From NCBI GenBank assembly GCA_963766715.1, contig CAVYBH010000013.1:1-64000 (forward strand): a stretch of DNA of 64,000 nt, given 5' to 3'. Source of the DNA: an uncultured delta proteobacterium (GTDB lineage: Bacteria; Myxococcota; Myxococcia; Myxococcales; Anaeromyxobacteraceae). Every line of letters begins with the position of its first letter. Position 1 is the stretch's first letter. The position numbers were made by a program, and so were the translations under genes. The notes under the pieces are model-generated. The model ran no database searches, was not told where the DNA came from, and saw only the letters and a list, made by a program, of their open reading frames with translations. This document shows, piece after piece, positions 20,771 through 30,711 of this stretch.

Positions 20771-23003
20771 AGGAGTCCGTAGCCGAGGTAGAGCGAGACG
20801 CCGATGTGCACCGCAATGGCGACGACGAGGAAGGCCGCGAGGGAGGCGTGGAACACCCGCCAGTTCCGCAGGAGTCCGCGCAGGCCGCCGTAGAAGGCGA
20901 ATCTGGAACCGGAGGCGGCGGAGCCGGAGGACCGAGATCTTGAAGCGCTGGTGGTAGGCCGCCGAGCCGAAGAGGCCTCGCACCGCCCAGAGGCGGAGCC
21001 GCAGGCGGGCGCCGGACAAGGGCTCGCGCACGATGGCGGCCACGAGGGATCCCGGAGGCACCTCGCCGGAGGCCGACTGGATGAGGCGGTCCAGCCGGGC
21101 CCTGTCCCGGGCCCCTTCCAGGACGGGCTCGAGCTGCGACCGCAGCCGCTCGAAGCGCGCCGCGATGAGCTCGAGCTCCTCGGCGTGCCCGGCCACGGAC
21201 GGGACGAGGCCGTAGATGAAGCGCCCGATGAGGCCGGTGGCCACGACCACCCCCAGGGCGCTCGCCGTGGCGGTGGCGAGGACGTTGTTCGAGCGGAAGG
21301 CGGCGTGGAAGGCGATGACGAGCGGGCTCATGAAGCCCACGAAGACGTGGAAGTTGAGCCAGTCGCGGATGTCCCACAGCCCGGTGAGGGCCCGGGTCCG
21401 CTTCCGGACCGGGTAGAGGAAGTTGGAGAGCATGAACGCCGTCGCCACGATCCCCACGCCGTGTCCCCAGGAGCCGGCCGGCTTGAAGGCCTTGTTCATC
21501 GGCGACCGCAGGCGGGCCGTCGGGGAGAGCTGGTAGTAGTCCCAGCCCCTGTAGGCGAGGTAGGCGACGATGACCGCCCCCAGGCACCCGTAGAGGAGCA
21601 GCGTCCGCCGGAGCCGCTTGCGGTCGGCGAGCTCCTGGTCGCTCAGGCGGTCCTCTCCGCCGATGCGCGCCCCGAGCTTCTCGCCGTGGTACCGGCGCAT
21701 CTCCACGCCGGCCTTCTTGAGGAACTCGGTGGGGGGCTCGCCGCCGATGTTGACGATGATGTCGTCGTTGGGAAGGCGCATCTCCTTGCCCTCCCACTCG
21801 ATGCGGACCTCCGACGGCGTGACGTACTTCACCTGCGATGCGAGCAGGAGGGTGAGCTGGCCGCTGTCCGAGAGCTCCTGGAGCCGCTTCCGGTTGGCCT
21901 CCCGGGCCCGCCCCAGCTCGGCGCCGCGGTACGACAGCACCACCTCGGCCGTGCCCAGCTCGGCGATCTGGATGGCGGCCTCGAGCGCCGAGTCGCCCCC
22001 TCCCACCACCAGGACCCTCCGCCCGGCGTACTGCTCGGCGTCGGTGAACCCGTACGTCACCTTCTCCAGATCCTCGCCGGGGACGCCCATGCGCCGCGGC
22101 GTGCCCCGCCGGCCGATGGCGAGGATGACCTTGCGGCACTCGATGAGCCCCTTGGAGGTGTGAACCGAGAAGGCGCCATCCTCGCCGGCGATCCCGACGA
22201 CCTGGACCCCTTCCTCGACCTTCACGTCGTTCTTCTGGAGCGCCTTTCCCCAGGTCTCGAGCAGCTCCTCCTTGGTGATGACGTTCTTGCCGATCTTCCC
22301 GAATCCCGGGATGGTGGCCGGCTCGGTCATCACCACCTTGCGGCGGGGGTAGTGGAACATGGTGCCGCCCCAGGTCCCCTGCTCGAGGATGCGGTGGCTG
22401 CGCCCGGCCTCCTGGAGCGCACAGGCCGCGGCCAGCCCGGCCGCGCCGGCCCCCACGATGACCACGTCCACCGGGCCGTCCGGACCGCGGCGACCGGCCG
22501 ATCCCTTCGGCAGGATGGCGTCGATCCGCTCGGCGGCCTGGAGCCCCTGCCGCACCGCGTTCCGCAGCAGGCCCATGCCCCCCAGCTCGCCGACGACGTG
22601 CACGCCCGGCTTGCTCGACTCGAAGAACTCGTCGATCTCGGGGAGGTCGATGCCTCGCTCCGAGGTGCCCATGACGAGCTTGATCGCCTGGACCGGGCAC
22701 TCGGCGGCGCAGCGCCCGTGGCCGATGCAGTGGTCGGCGTGCACCAGGCTCGCCGCCCCCTTCACGATGCCCAGGATGTCCCCCTCCGGACAGGCCTTCA
22801 GGCAGGAGAGGGATCCGATGCAGATGTCCGTGTCGATGACCGGGTGCAGCGACCGGGGGATGTGGAGGTTCGCCTCGGTCTTCTCCCGGAGCACCTGGGC
22901 GTCGCGCGCCTGGCGCCGGCGCCGATTGCGTCACGTGCCGGACGGCATAGGCGATGGCCACCAGGATGGAGACTCCCGCGATGGCGCTCGACAGCAGATC
23001 CAC
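20767..23003 (-). CDS. Membrane-anchored ferredoxin + FAD/NAD(P)H oxidoreductase + ferric-reductase-like di-heme TM domain (frameshifts near 22931 and 20900)
   Basis: N-terminal TM; CIGSLSCLKACP and CIGHGRCAAECP; GAGAAG and GGGDSA; two H-x13-H TM pairs; removing two bases gives one 744 aa frame ending in an ATGA overlap. Confidence 0.85.
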
Positions 23004-23126
23004 GCTTGAAACTCCCGCCCTTTCCGCCTCGTCTCCCGGGGTGCCGCATCATGGCATGCCCCTCCCCAGGAACGGCGCGCCCAGAGGGAGCGGACTTTTT
23101 AGTGGGAACCCCTTGGTTGTACCTCG

Positions 23127-23165
23127 AAAAAGGGACAGGGGGCCCGGCTCGCGCCGGACCCCCTG
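23127..23165 (-). terminator. Rho-independent terminator after secF
   Basis: CAGGGGGTCCGGC-GCGA-GCCGGGCCCCCTG hairpin followed by TCCCTTTTT on the minus strand. Confidence 0.65.
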
Positions 23166-23185
23166 CCGAATGAGGCAACTGTAAT

Positions 23186-24361
23186 CTACGCCGCCCGGGC
23201 GGGCGTCGCGCGCCGCTTCGCCTCGGCGCGCTCCTCGAGCCAGATGGTCATCGGAGCGGCGATGAACCAGGTCGAGTAGGTGCCCGACACGATGCCGATG
23301 AGCATCGCCATCGCGAAGTCGAAGATGGTGCCCACCCCGAAGATGAGGAGGCCGACGAGCGAGAGGGCGGTCGCGAACGAGGTGAGGATGGTGCGCCCCA
23401 GGGTCTCGTTGATCGAGATGTTCACGATGTCGCCGAGCTTCTTGCCCTTCAGCTTCCCCTGGTTCTCGCGGATCCGGTCGTAGACCACCACCGTGTCGTT
23501 CACCGAGTAGCCGACCACGGTGAGGATGACCGCCACCGAGGTCAGGTTGAACTCCCGTCCGGTGAAGGCGAAGTACCCCAGCGTGATGATGGCGTCGTGA
23601 AGGATGGCGATGATGACGCCGGGCGAGAACCGGAAGTCGAAGCGCAGGCCGACGTAGATCACGATCAGGGCCATGGCGTAGAGGATGGCCTTGAAGCCCT
23701 GGTTGCGGAGCTCGCGCCCCACGGCCGGGCCCACGTACTCGACGCGGAGCACCTGCGGCTTGGCGTCGGCGAACTTGGCGTTCAGCTCCTTCTCGAGCCG
23801 GTCCTGGATGCCCTGGGTGAGGACCGCCAGCGAGCGGGTGCCGGCGGTGAGGCCCGCCTCCTCCCGGATCTCGCGGACCTTGACGCCGGCCCCCTCGACC
23901 ACCGCCTGCAACTCGGTGGCGCTCGGGGTCACCTGGAACTCGAAGTCGATCTTGTCGCCCACCTCGGGGCTGAAGGCCGGCGTGCCCACCACCGGGAACT
24001 TCGCCTTCACGGCGGCGATGATGCGGGCGGCGTCCTCGGGCGTGAGGAGCGCCACGCGCCCCACCCGCACGAGGTATCCGTGCTCGCTCTCGGGTCCGTA
24101 GGTCTGGACCACGGCGTCGCGGAAGCCGATCGCCTCGATGTCCTTGCGGATCGCGCCCGGGTCGACGGCCTTGTCGAACTTCACCTGCATCTCGGTGCCG
24201 CCGGCGAAGTCCACGCCGTAGTCCAGGCCGTGGATCTGCGGAAGCGACCAGAGGATGACGGCCAGGTTGACGAGGGTCGACAGGATGAGCGCGATCTTCC
24301 GCTTCCCGACGAAGTCGAACTTGGTCCCGTGCGGGACGATGTCGAAGGTCTTGAATTGCAT
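23186..24361 (-). CDS. secF: Protein translocase subunit SecF
   Basis: GVDFAGG, VGPAVG and GYSVNDTVVVYDRIRE motifs. Confidence 0.97.
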   Translation of the reverse strand: MQFKTFDIVPHGTKFDFVGKRKIALILSTLVNLAVILWSLPQIHGLDYGVDFAGGTEMQVKFDKAVDPGAIRKDIEAIGFRDAVVQTYGPESEHGYLVRVGRVALLTPEDAARIIAAVKAKFPVVGTPAFSPEVGDKIDFEFQVTPSATELQAVVEGAGVKVREIREEAGLTAGTRSLAVLTQGIQDRLEKELNAKFADAKPQVLRVEYVGPAVGRELRNQGFKAILYAMALIVIYVGLRFDFRFSPGVIIAILHDAIITLGYFAFTGREFNLTSVAVILTVVGYSVNDTVVVYDRIRENQGKLKGKKLGDIVNISINETLGRTILTSFATALSLVGLLIFGVGTIFDFAMAMLIGIVSGTYSTWFIAAPMTIWLEERAEAKRRATPARAA

Positions 24362-26190
24362 CAGACGCTCAGCCGGGCGTTGTCGTGGCGCGTGGTCCAG
24401 TCGACGATCACGCGGGTCACGACGATGGAGGTGAACATCGACGCCAGCAGGCCGATGATCAGGGTGACGGCGAACCCGCGGACCGGGCCCGAGCCGTACT
24501 GCATGAGCACCACCGCGGCGACCAGCGCGGTGACGTGGCTGTCGACGATGGTCCAGAACACCTTGTCGTAGCCCTGGTCGACGGCCTGCCTCACGGTCTT
24601 GCCGGCGCGCAGCTCTTCCCGGATGCGCTCGTTGATGAGGACGTTGGCGTCGACCGCCATGCCCAGGGTGAGCACGAATCCGGCGATGCCGGGCAGCGTC
24701 AGCGTGGAGCCGAGCAGCGACATGATGGCGAGGACGAGCAGCGCGTTCTCCACCAGCGCGACGTCGGCGATGACGCCGCTCATCCGGTAGTAGAGGAGCA
24801 TGAAGAGCATGACCGCGCCCAGGCCGACCAGCGCGGCGATGGTGCCCTTGCGCACCAGCTCGGGCCCGAGGGTGGCGCCGACGCTGCGCTCCTCGAAGAT
24901 GGTCACCGGGGCCGGCAGCGCGCCGGCCTTGAGGACGAGGGAGATGTCGTTGGCTTCCTGGTACTTCTCCTGGTAGTTGCGCCCGGAGCCGAGCGTGATC
25001 TGCCCGTTGGTGGAGATCTTGCCCTGGATGTACGGGGCGCTCTCCACCTTGGAGTCGAGCACGATGGCCATGCGCCGGCCCAGGTTCTCGGTCGTGAGCC
25101 GGTCCATGAGGCGGCCGCCCTCGGCCGACATGGTGAACGCGACCACCGGCTCGCCGCCGCCCTTGGAGTTGTCCACCGAGGGGCGGGCGTCGGAGATGTA
25201 GTCGCCGGTCAGCTCGGTCTTCCCGCGGAGCAGGTAGGTCCGGTAGTAGCGCTCCTTCACGAGCCCCTGCCCGACGTTCACCTCTCCGATGCCGATGTCC
25301 TGCTCCCGGGCGATCCGGGGCCGGAGCACCTTCTCGATGGCGGCCTCGAGCTCGGTGCGCTTGCCGGCCACCACGTAGGTGGCCTGTCGCTGGACGCCGG
25401 TGGGGAGATCCACCCGCTCCACGAACCAGCAACCGGTCGCGGGCAGCGGCAGGGCGATCCCGGTGTCGGGACCCTGCGGGCAGACCGGGAGCTCGGTGCG
25501 GATGGCGTCGAGCGCGGCGGAGTCGTCGTCGACGATCTTGAACTCGAGCTGGGCGGTGCGGCCGAGCAGTTCCTTGGCCTTGCCCGGATCCTTGAAGCCG
25601 GGGAGCTGGATCTGGATCTGCGCGTTCTGCTTGCGCTTGATGTCCGGCTCGGTGACGCCCCACTTGTCGACGCGGTTGCGGATGGTCTTCTCCGCCTGCT
25701 CGACGGCCTTCTCCCGGAAGTTCTTGATGACCTCGGGGCGGAAGGCGAACCAGACGGCCCCTTCGGGCGCGCCCGACGGCGCCGACATCTCGGCGCCGTA
25801 GAAGTCCATGACCACCTGCTCGACCTGCTTGGGGTCGGTGGAGCGGACCTCCACGCGGGCCCCGTCGGCGGACGGGCCGGCCGAGGTCAGCGGCACGTTC
25901 TTGCCGCGCAGGAAGTCGGCGACCTCGTCGGCGCGCCGGACCACCTTCGCCTTCACGGCGCGGTCGACGTCGACGCCCATGGCCAGCAGGATGCCGCCCT
26001 GCAGGTCGAGGCCGAGGTTGAGGTGCTTCTTCGCGTCCGGCGCCCACTTCGGGACCGACTCGTCGTAGGCGGCGCCGTTCCGCTCGGACGGCGGGAGGGC
26101 GAAGTAGTGCCAGGTCGGCACCAGCTGCCAGACCGACCAGAAGAGGACGGCGAGGACGAGCCCCAGCCGCCAGAACCAGGTGCGCTCCAT
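24361..26190 (-). CDS. secD: Protein translocase subunit SecD
   Basis: LGLDLQGG, GMAVDANVLINERIREE and GPVRGFA motifs. Confidence 0.97.
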   Translation of the reverse strand: MERTWFWRLGLVLAVLFWSVWQLVPTWHYFALPPSERNGAAYDESVPKWAPDAKKHLNLGLDLQGGILLAMGVDVDRAVKAKVVRRADEVADFLRGKNVPLTSAGPSADGARVEVRSTDPKQVEQVVMDFYGAEMSAPSGAPEGAVWFAFRPEVIKNFREKAVEQAEKTIRNRVDKWGVTEPDIKRKQNAQIQIQLPGFKDPGKAKELLGRTAQLEFKIVDDDSAALDAIRTELPVCPQGPDTGIALPLPATGCWFVERVDLPTGVQRQATYVVAGKRTELEAAIEKVLRPRIAREQDIGIGEVNVGQGLVKERYYRTYLLRGKTELTGDYISDARPSVDNSKGGGEPVVAFTMSAEGGRLMDRLTTENLGRRMAIVLDSKVESAPYIQGKISTNGQITLGSGRNYQEKYQEANDISLVLKAGALPAPVTIFEERSVGATLGPELVRKGTIAALVGLGAVMLFMLLYYRMSGVIADVALVENALLVLAIMSLLGSTLTLPGIAGFVLTLGMAVDANVLINERIREELRAGKTVRQAVDQGYDKVFWTIVDSHVTALVAAVVLMQYGSGPVRGFAVTLIIGLLASMFTSIVVTRVIVDWTTRHDNARLSV

Positions 26191-26538
26191 CTACTTCTTC
26201 TCCTTGGCGTCCTTCTCCGAGGAACCCGTCGCGTCGGACCACGCCCCGGCGACCTGCCCCTTCACGAAGCGCACCTTGTTGCCACCCCCGAGGTCGAGGG
26301 TGACGGTCTTGTCGTCGACCTGGAACACCTTCCCGATGATGCCGCCCTGCGTGACGACTTCCGCGCCCTTCTGCAGCTCGGCCACGAACTGCTGGTGCTT
26401 CTTCGCCTGCTTCTGCTGGGGTCGGAAGAACACCAGGTAGAAGACCACGGCGATGAGGACGAAGGGGACGAGCTGCATCAGGGGGTTCGGCGCGTCCGGC
26501 GCGGTCTGCGCCAGGAAGGCCGTGAGGATCGAATGCAT
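26191..26538 (-). CDS. yajC: Preprotein translocase subunit YajC
   Basis: FYLVFFRPQQK and VVTQGGIIG motifs; position in the tgt-yajC-secD cluster; alternative start 26553. Confidence 0.95.
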   Translation of the reverse strand: MHSILTAFLAQTAPDAPNPLMQLVPFVLIAVVFYLVFFRPQQKQAKKHQQFVAELQKGAEVVTQGGIIGKVFQVDDKTVTLDLGGGNKVRFVKGQVAGAWSDATGSSEKDAKEKK

Positions 26539-26640
26539 GAATGCTCCGGTCATTGGAAAAAGCGTCGTGTTTTAGCCACATTTTGTCCCGGCAAGCAACC
26601 CCGAAACGGTGCGGAGGGCGCCCCGCGGCCCCGCCTGCCC

Positions 26641-27786
26641 CTACCCGTCGAGCCCGCGCCGGTACGCCTCGAGCCGATCCCGGCGGAAGGCGTCGAACCG
26701 CCCCGCCACGATGGCCTCCCGGGCCCCCTCCATCAGCCGGAGGTAGTGGTGGACGTTGTGCACGGTGTTCAGGTGAAGGGCCAGGATCTCGCCGGCCCGG
26801 AAGAGGTGGCGCAGGTAGGCCCGGCTGAAGGTCCGGCAGGTGTAGCAGGTGCATCCCGGGTCGAGCGGCCCCTCGTCGTCGGCGAACCGCGCGTTCTTCA
26901 CGTTCAGCCGGCCCCGGCTCGTGAAGAGCAGCCCGTTGCGGGCGGTCCGGGTGGGGAGGACGCAGTCGAACATGTCGACGCCCGCCGCGATGCCGGCGAG
27001 GAGGTCCTCCGGGGTGCCCACGCCCATCAGGTACCGGGGCTTCTCCCGGGGCAGCTCCGGGGCGTGGCGGGCCACCCCCTCCCACATCTCCTCGGGCTCC
27101 TCCCCGACGGCGTAGCCGCCCAGGGCGTAGCCGGGGAGGTCCAGGGCCGCGGCGTCCTCGATGGCCCGCCGGCGGAGGTCCGGGAAGAGCCCGCCCTGGG
27201 CGATGCCGAAGAGCGCCGGGCGCTCCCCGTAGGGGGGCTCGGCTGCGAGCCAGGCGTCGCGCGACCGGACCAGCCAGCGCTGCGTGCGGGCCAGCGAGTC
27301 CTCGTGGTAGCGCCGCTCCGCCTTCGAGGGCGGGCACTCGTCGAAGGCCATGATCACGTCGGCGCCGAGGTCGATCTGGATGCCGATCGACCTCTCCGGC
27401 GACAGGAAGTGGCGGGAGCCGTCGAGGTGGCTGCGGAAGGTCACGCCGTCCTCGGCGATGCGGACGAGCGACTCCTTGCCGGCGCCCTGGAGGCTGTAGA
27501 CCTGGAAGCCGCCCGAGTCGGTGAGCATGGCCCCGTTCCAGGAGATGAAGCGGTGCAGCCCTCCGAGCCGCCGCACCCGCTCGTGCCCGGGGCGAAGGTA
27601 CAGGTGGTAGGTGTTGCCGAGGATGATCCCGGCGCCGAGCTCCTCGAGGTCGCGCGGCGAGAGGGTCTTCACGCTCCCGGCAGTGCCCACGGGCATGAAG
27701 ACCGGCGTCTCGAGGACGCCGCGCGGGGTCTCGAGGCGGCCGCGGCGCGCGGCCCCGTCCTCGGCGAGCAGGTGGTAGCGGATCAC
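26641..27786 (-). CDS. tgt: Queuine tRNA-ribosyltransferase
   Basis: TPVFMPVGT, TDSGGFQ, DMFDCV and CTCYTC motifs. Confidence 0.97.
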   Translation of the reverse strand: MIRYHLLAEDGAARRGRLETPRGVLETPVFMPVGTAGSVKTLSPRDLEELGAGIILGNTYHLYLRPGHERVRRLGGLHRFISWNGAMLTDSGGFQVYSLQGAGKESLVRIAEDGVTFRSHLDGSRHFLSPERSIGIQIDLGADVIMAFDECPPSKAERRYHEDSLARTQRWLVRSRDAWLAAEPPYGERPALFGIAQGGLFPDLRRRAIEDAAALDLPGYALGGYAVGEEPEEMWEGVARHAPELPREKPRYLMGVGTPEDLLAGIAAGVDMFDCVLPTRTARNGLLFTSRGRLNVKNARFADDEGPLDPGCTCYTCRTFSRAYLRHLFRAGEILALHLNTVHNVHHYLRLMEGAREAIVAGRFDAFRRDRLEAYRRGLDG

Positions 27787-27845
27787 GGCCCCGTTTCGCC
27801 CGGGGAGCGGGTGGTGTCAAGGGGCGCCCCGGTGGGCGTCTCCCG

Positions 27846-28466
27846 TCAGACCGTCCGGGCGCGCGACCGGGAGGCGTCGGCGACCAGCGCCCGCCAGGCC
27901 CGGCCTCCCCGGCCTTCCGACACGATCCGCACCCCAATCAGCTTGTCCGGGGCGCCGTTCGAGTTCCAGCACACGACCGCCTCGGCGGAGGGCGCGAGGA
28001 AACCCGAGTCGAGGCGGAGGACCAGGGCCTCCCCGGGGGTCGGGGGATCGGAGCCCGGCCAGGCGATGCAGCAGCCCCCCTCGGAGAGCGTGATCGTCCG
28101 GGCCTCCACCCTGGAGCGCCCGGTGGACACGTGGACCCTCCGCTCCACCGCGTAGCGGGGCGCCCGGACCTGGAACGTGACCGGCTCCCCGCTGGCCACG
28201 AGCGCCAGGTACCGCGCGGCGGGAACGCTGGCGGGATCGAGGTAGACCTCGACCCCGGGCGGGAGCGAGGGGCGCCCGATGCGACGCACCATGGCCACCT
28301 TCCCGTAGACCGTCGCCCGGACCGCCTGGCCGAAGAGCCCGATCCGCACCACCACCTGCTCGCCCACCCGGGAGTCGGAGAGTGCGGGCAGGAACAGGGC
28401 TCCCGCCTCCGGTCTCCAGCCGGTGAGGAACTGCTGGGGTTCGAGGTTGAGGGCGACGTGGTTCAT
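27846..28466 (-). CDS. PilZ-domain protein (degenerate motifs)
   Basis: VRAPRY...TLSEGG C-terminal PilZ-like domain after a PilZ-like N-terminal half. Confidence 0.7.
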   Translation of the reverse strand: MNHVALNLEPQQFLTGWRPEAGALFLPALSDSRVGEQVVVRIGLFGQAVRATVYGKVAMVRRIGRPSLPPGVEVYLDPASVPAARYLALVASGEPVTFQVRAPRYAVERRVHVSTGRSRVEARTITLSEGGCCIAWPGSDPPTPGEALVLRLDSGFLAPSAEAVVCWNSNGAPDKLIGVRIVSEGRGGRAWRALVADASRSRARTV

Positions 28467-28533
28467 CGGTGCGGCGCTCCGCCCGGCTATCTTAACCAGA
28501 CAGCCGGACGCTTCACCGAACGGACCGCCCAGG

Positions 28534-29575
28534 TCAGAGAATCGCCATGGCGTCGCCGTAGCTGAAGAAGCGATATCGGGCCTGGATGGCCACCCGGTAC
28601 GCCTCCAGGACGGGGGCGGTCCCCCCGAAGGCGCAGACGAGCGCCAGCAGGGTGGAGCGAGGAAGGTGGAAGTTCGTCACCAGGGCGTCCACCGCCTGGA
28701 AGACGTGGCCGGGCCGGATGAAGATCTCGGTCCGCCCGGGGCCCGGACGGAGCCCGCCGCCGGAAGCGGCGCTCTCCAGCGTCCGGACGGCGGTGGTGCC
28801 CACGGCCACCACTCGCCCGCCGCGCGCCCGGGCGGCGGCGAAGGCGGCGGCCGTGCCTGCCGGGACGTCGTACCGCTCCGCGTGCATCCGGTGATCCTCG
28901 AGGCGGCTGGCCCGCACCGGCAGGAAGGTCCCGGGCCCCACGTGGAGCGTCACGGTCGCTCGCTCGATGCCGCGGGCGTCGAGGCGCGCCAGGAGCTCCG
29001 GGCGTGAAGTGGAGCCCGGCGGTCGGGGCGGCGACGCTCCCCGGCTCGCGGGCGACGACGGTCTGGTAGCGGTCGCGGTCGGCGGCGCCCGCGGTCCCGG
29101 CGGATGTACGGGGGCAGGGGCACGCGGCCGACCCGCTCCAGCTCGGCCGCCAGGCCCGCGTCGTCGAGGTCGAAGCGGACGTCGTAGAATCCCTCCCCGG
29201 CGACTCCCTCCACCCGGCCGCCAGGCCGTCGAAGTCGAGCCGCGCGCCGATCCGGATGGGCTTCGACGCCTGCGCCATCGCGCGCCACCGCACCGGGGCG
29301 CCGGGCCCTCCTCCAGTCAGTGGCTCCACGAGCAGGACCTCGATCCGCCCGCCGCTCTCCTTCCGGCCGAGGAGGCGCGCCGGGATCACCCGGCTGTCGT
29401 TCAGGACGAGCAGATCGCCCGGGGAGAGCAGGTCGGGCAGGTCGGCGAAGCGCTGGTGGCGAGGCGCGCCGCCCCCGCGCGGGAGCACGAGCAGCCGGGA
29501 GGCGTCGCGGGGCTCGACCGGCTCCTGCGCGATGAGCTCCTCGGGGAGGTCGAAGTCCAGGTCGGAGACGTGCAT
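28534..29575 (-). CDS. queA: S-adenosylmethionine:tRNA ribosyltransferase-isomerase (several frameshifts)
   Basis: [37 protein letters not shown] and YRFFSYGDA motifs across frames. Confidence 0.93.
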
Positions 29576-29590
29576 CGGCGCTCTTCCGTC

Positions 29591-30703
29591 CTAGTACATG
29601 CGAACCAGCTCGGCCCCGGGATAGTAGCGGGAGAGGATGTCCCGGTACCCCTGGCCGGCCCGGGCGAAGCCCGCCGCGCCCCACTGGCACATCCCCGCCC
29701 CGTGCCCCCTGCCCTGGCCGGAGAACACGAAGGCGCCGCCCGAGGCCCGCACGGAGAAGGCCAGGGAGGGCAGCCGCTCGTAGCCGAGCCGCCGTCGGAA
29801 CTCGACCCCGTCGAGGACGACCTTCTCGCCGCCGCCCTCGACGGCCACGCGCGCCGCGCGGCCGGTGGAGGTGGTGCGGACGATCCGGACGCCGGTCGCC
29901 GGACGCCGCAGGCCGGCCGCCGTGCCCATCTCGGCCGCCGGGATCCTCGCCGTCCAGCGCCAGGAGGGGGAGCCCTGGCAGCGATCGCAGCGCACCGACG
30001 GGAGGTACGGGAGGTCCCGCCCGAGCGCATCGGCGCCGCGCTCGGTGCGCCCGCCGCAGGCGGAGTGGAAGAAGGCCTCGATGGGCCGGTGGTCCTTCAC
30101 CAGGACCTCGCCGGCCGTGGCCTCGGCGGCGGCGCGGGCGCGGGGATCGGCGCCCCCGGCGCCGTTGTAGACCTGGTCGAGCACCGTGGAGCCGAGATCG
30201 AAGTCGAGCGCCTGCTCGCGGGCCTCGAGCTTCTTGCCCACCGCGAAGGTCCGGGCGGCCACGGCCTGGGCCTTCAGCGCCTCGGGCGGGAACGAGGGCG
30301 GCATCTCCCCCCCGACGACGGCCGCCACGTAGGCCTCCATGGGCAGCACGTCGATGACGCCGAGGCCGCCGGGATCCCGGCGCACCTCCACCTCGCCCGA
30401 GAGGGCGCGGCCGGCGTGCCGGATCGGTCCACTGGCCGTGAACACGACCCCGGCCCCGTCCACCGGCTTGCCGTCGAGGAGCAGCACGTCGCCGTCGAGC
30501 CGGAGGCGCGCCTTTCCGCCCGGCACGGGGCGCGTCCCGGCCCCTTCCCGCAGCGGCTCGGCGACGAGCCCGGGACCGGAGACCTCGACCTCGGCGGCCG
30601 AACGGGTCACCGAGATGCGCACCACCTCGACGGCGCGGGCATCCGGGGCGGCGACGAGCAGCCCCGCGGCGAGGAGGAGGGCGGCGCCCCGACCGACGTT
30701 CAC
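29591..30703 (-). CDS. SpoIID/LytB-domain protein
   Basis: Signal peptide from GTG 30703; GEMP..EALKAQAVAART and GHGAGMCQWGA motifs. Confidence 0.9.
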   Translation of the reverse strand: MNVGRGAALLLAAGLLVAAPDARAVEVVRISVTRSAAEVEVSGPGLVAEPLREGAGTRPVPGGKARLRLDGDVLLLDGKPVDGAGVVFTASGPIRHAGRALSGEVEVRRDPGGLGVIDVLPMEAYVAAVVGGEMPPSFPPEALKAQAVAARTFAVGKKLEAREQALDFDLGSTVLDQVYNGAGGADPRARAAAEATAGEVLVKDHRPIEAFFHSACGGRTERGADALGRDLPYLPSVRCDRCQGSPSWRWTARIPAAEMGTAAGLRRPATGVRIVRTTSTGRAARVAVEGGGEKVVLDGVEFRRRLGYERLPSLAFSVRASGGAFVFSGQGRGHGAGMCQWGAAGFARAGQGYRDILSRYYPGAELVRMY

Positions 30704-30711
30704 GGATGGTC

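Noticed and set aside
18950..22894. 1314 aa flavoprotein-cytochrome mega-fusion ORF
   Set aside because: One extra base near 20900 hides the true TM C-terminus, which ends in an ATGA overlap with the cytochrome's own start and signal peptide
23041..23062. sigma54-like element upstream of the cytochrome operon
   Set aside because: GG-to-GC spacing is 11 rather than the required 10
23186..27937. 1583 aa ORF
   Set aside because: Only the last ~391 aa are SecF; the rest is an off-frame read of tgt/yajC/secD in stop-poor GC-rich DNA
28534..29575. queA and other broken genes as true pseudogenes or programmed frameshifts
   Set aside because: Indels are scattered across many conserved genes with no slippery-site pattern or nonsense decay; sequencing error is the simpler explanation
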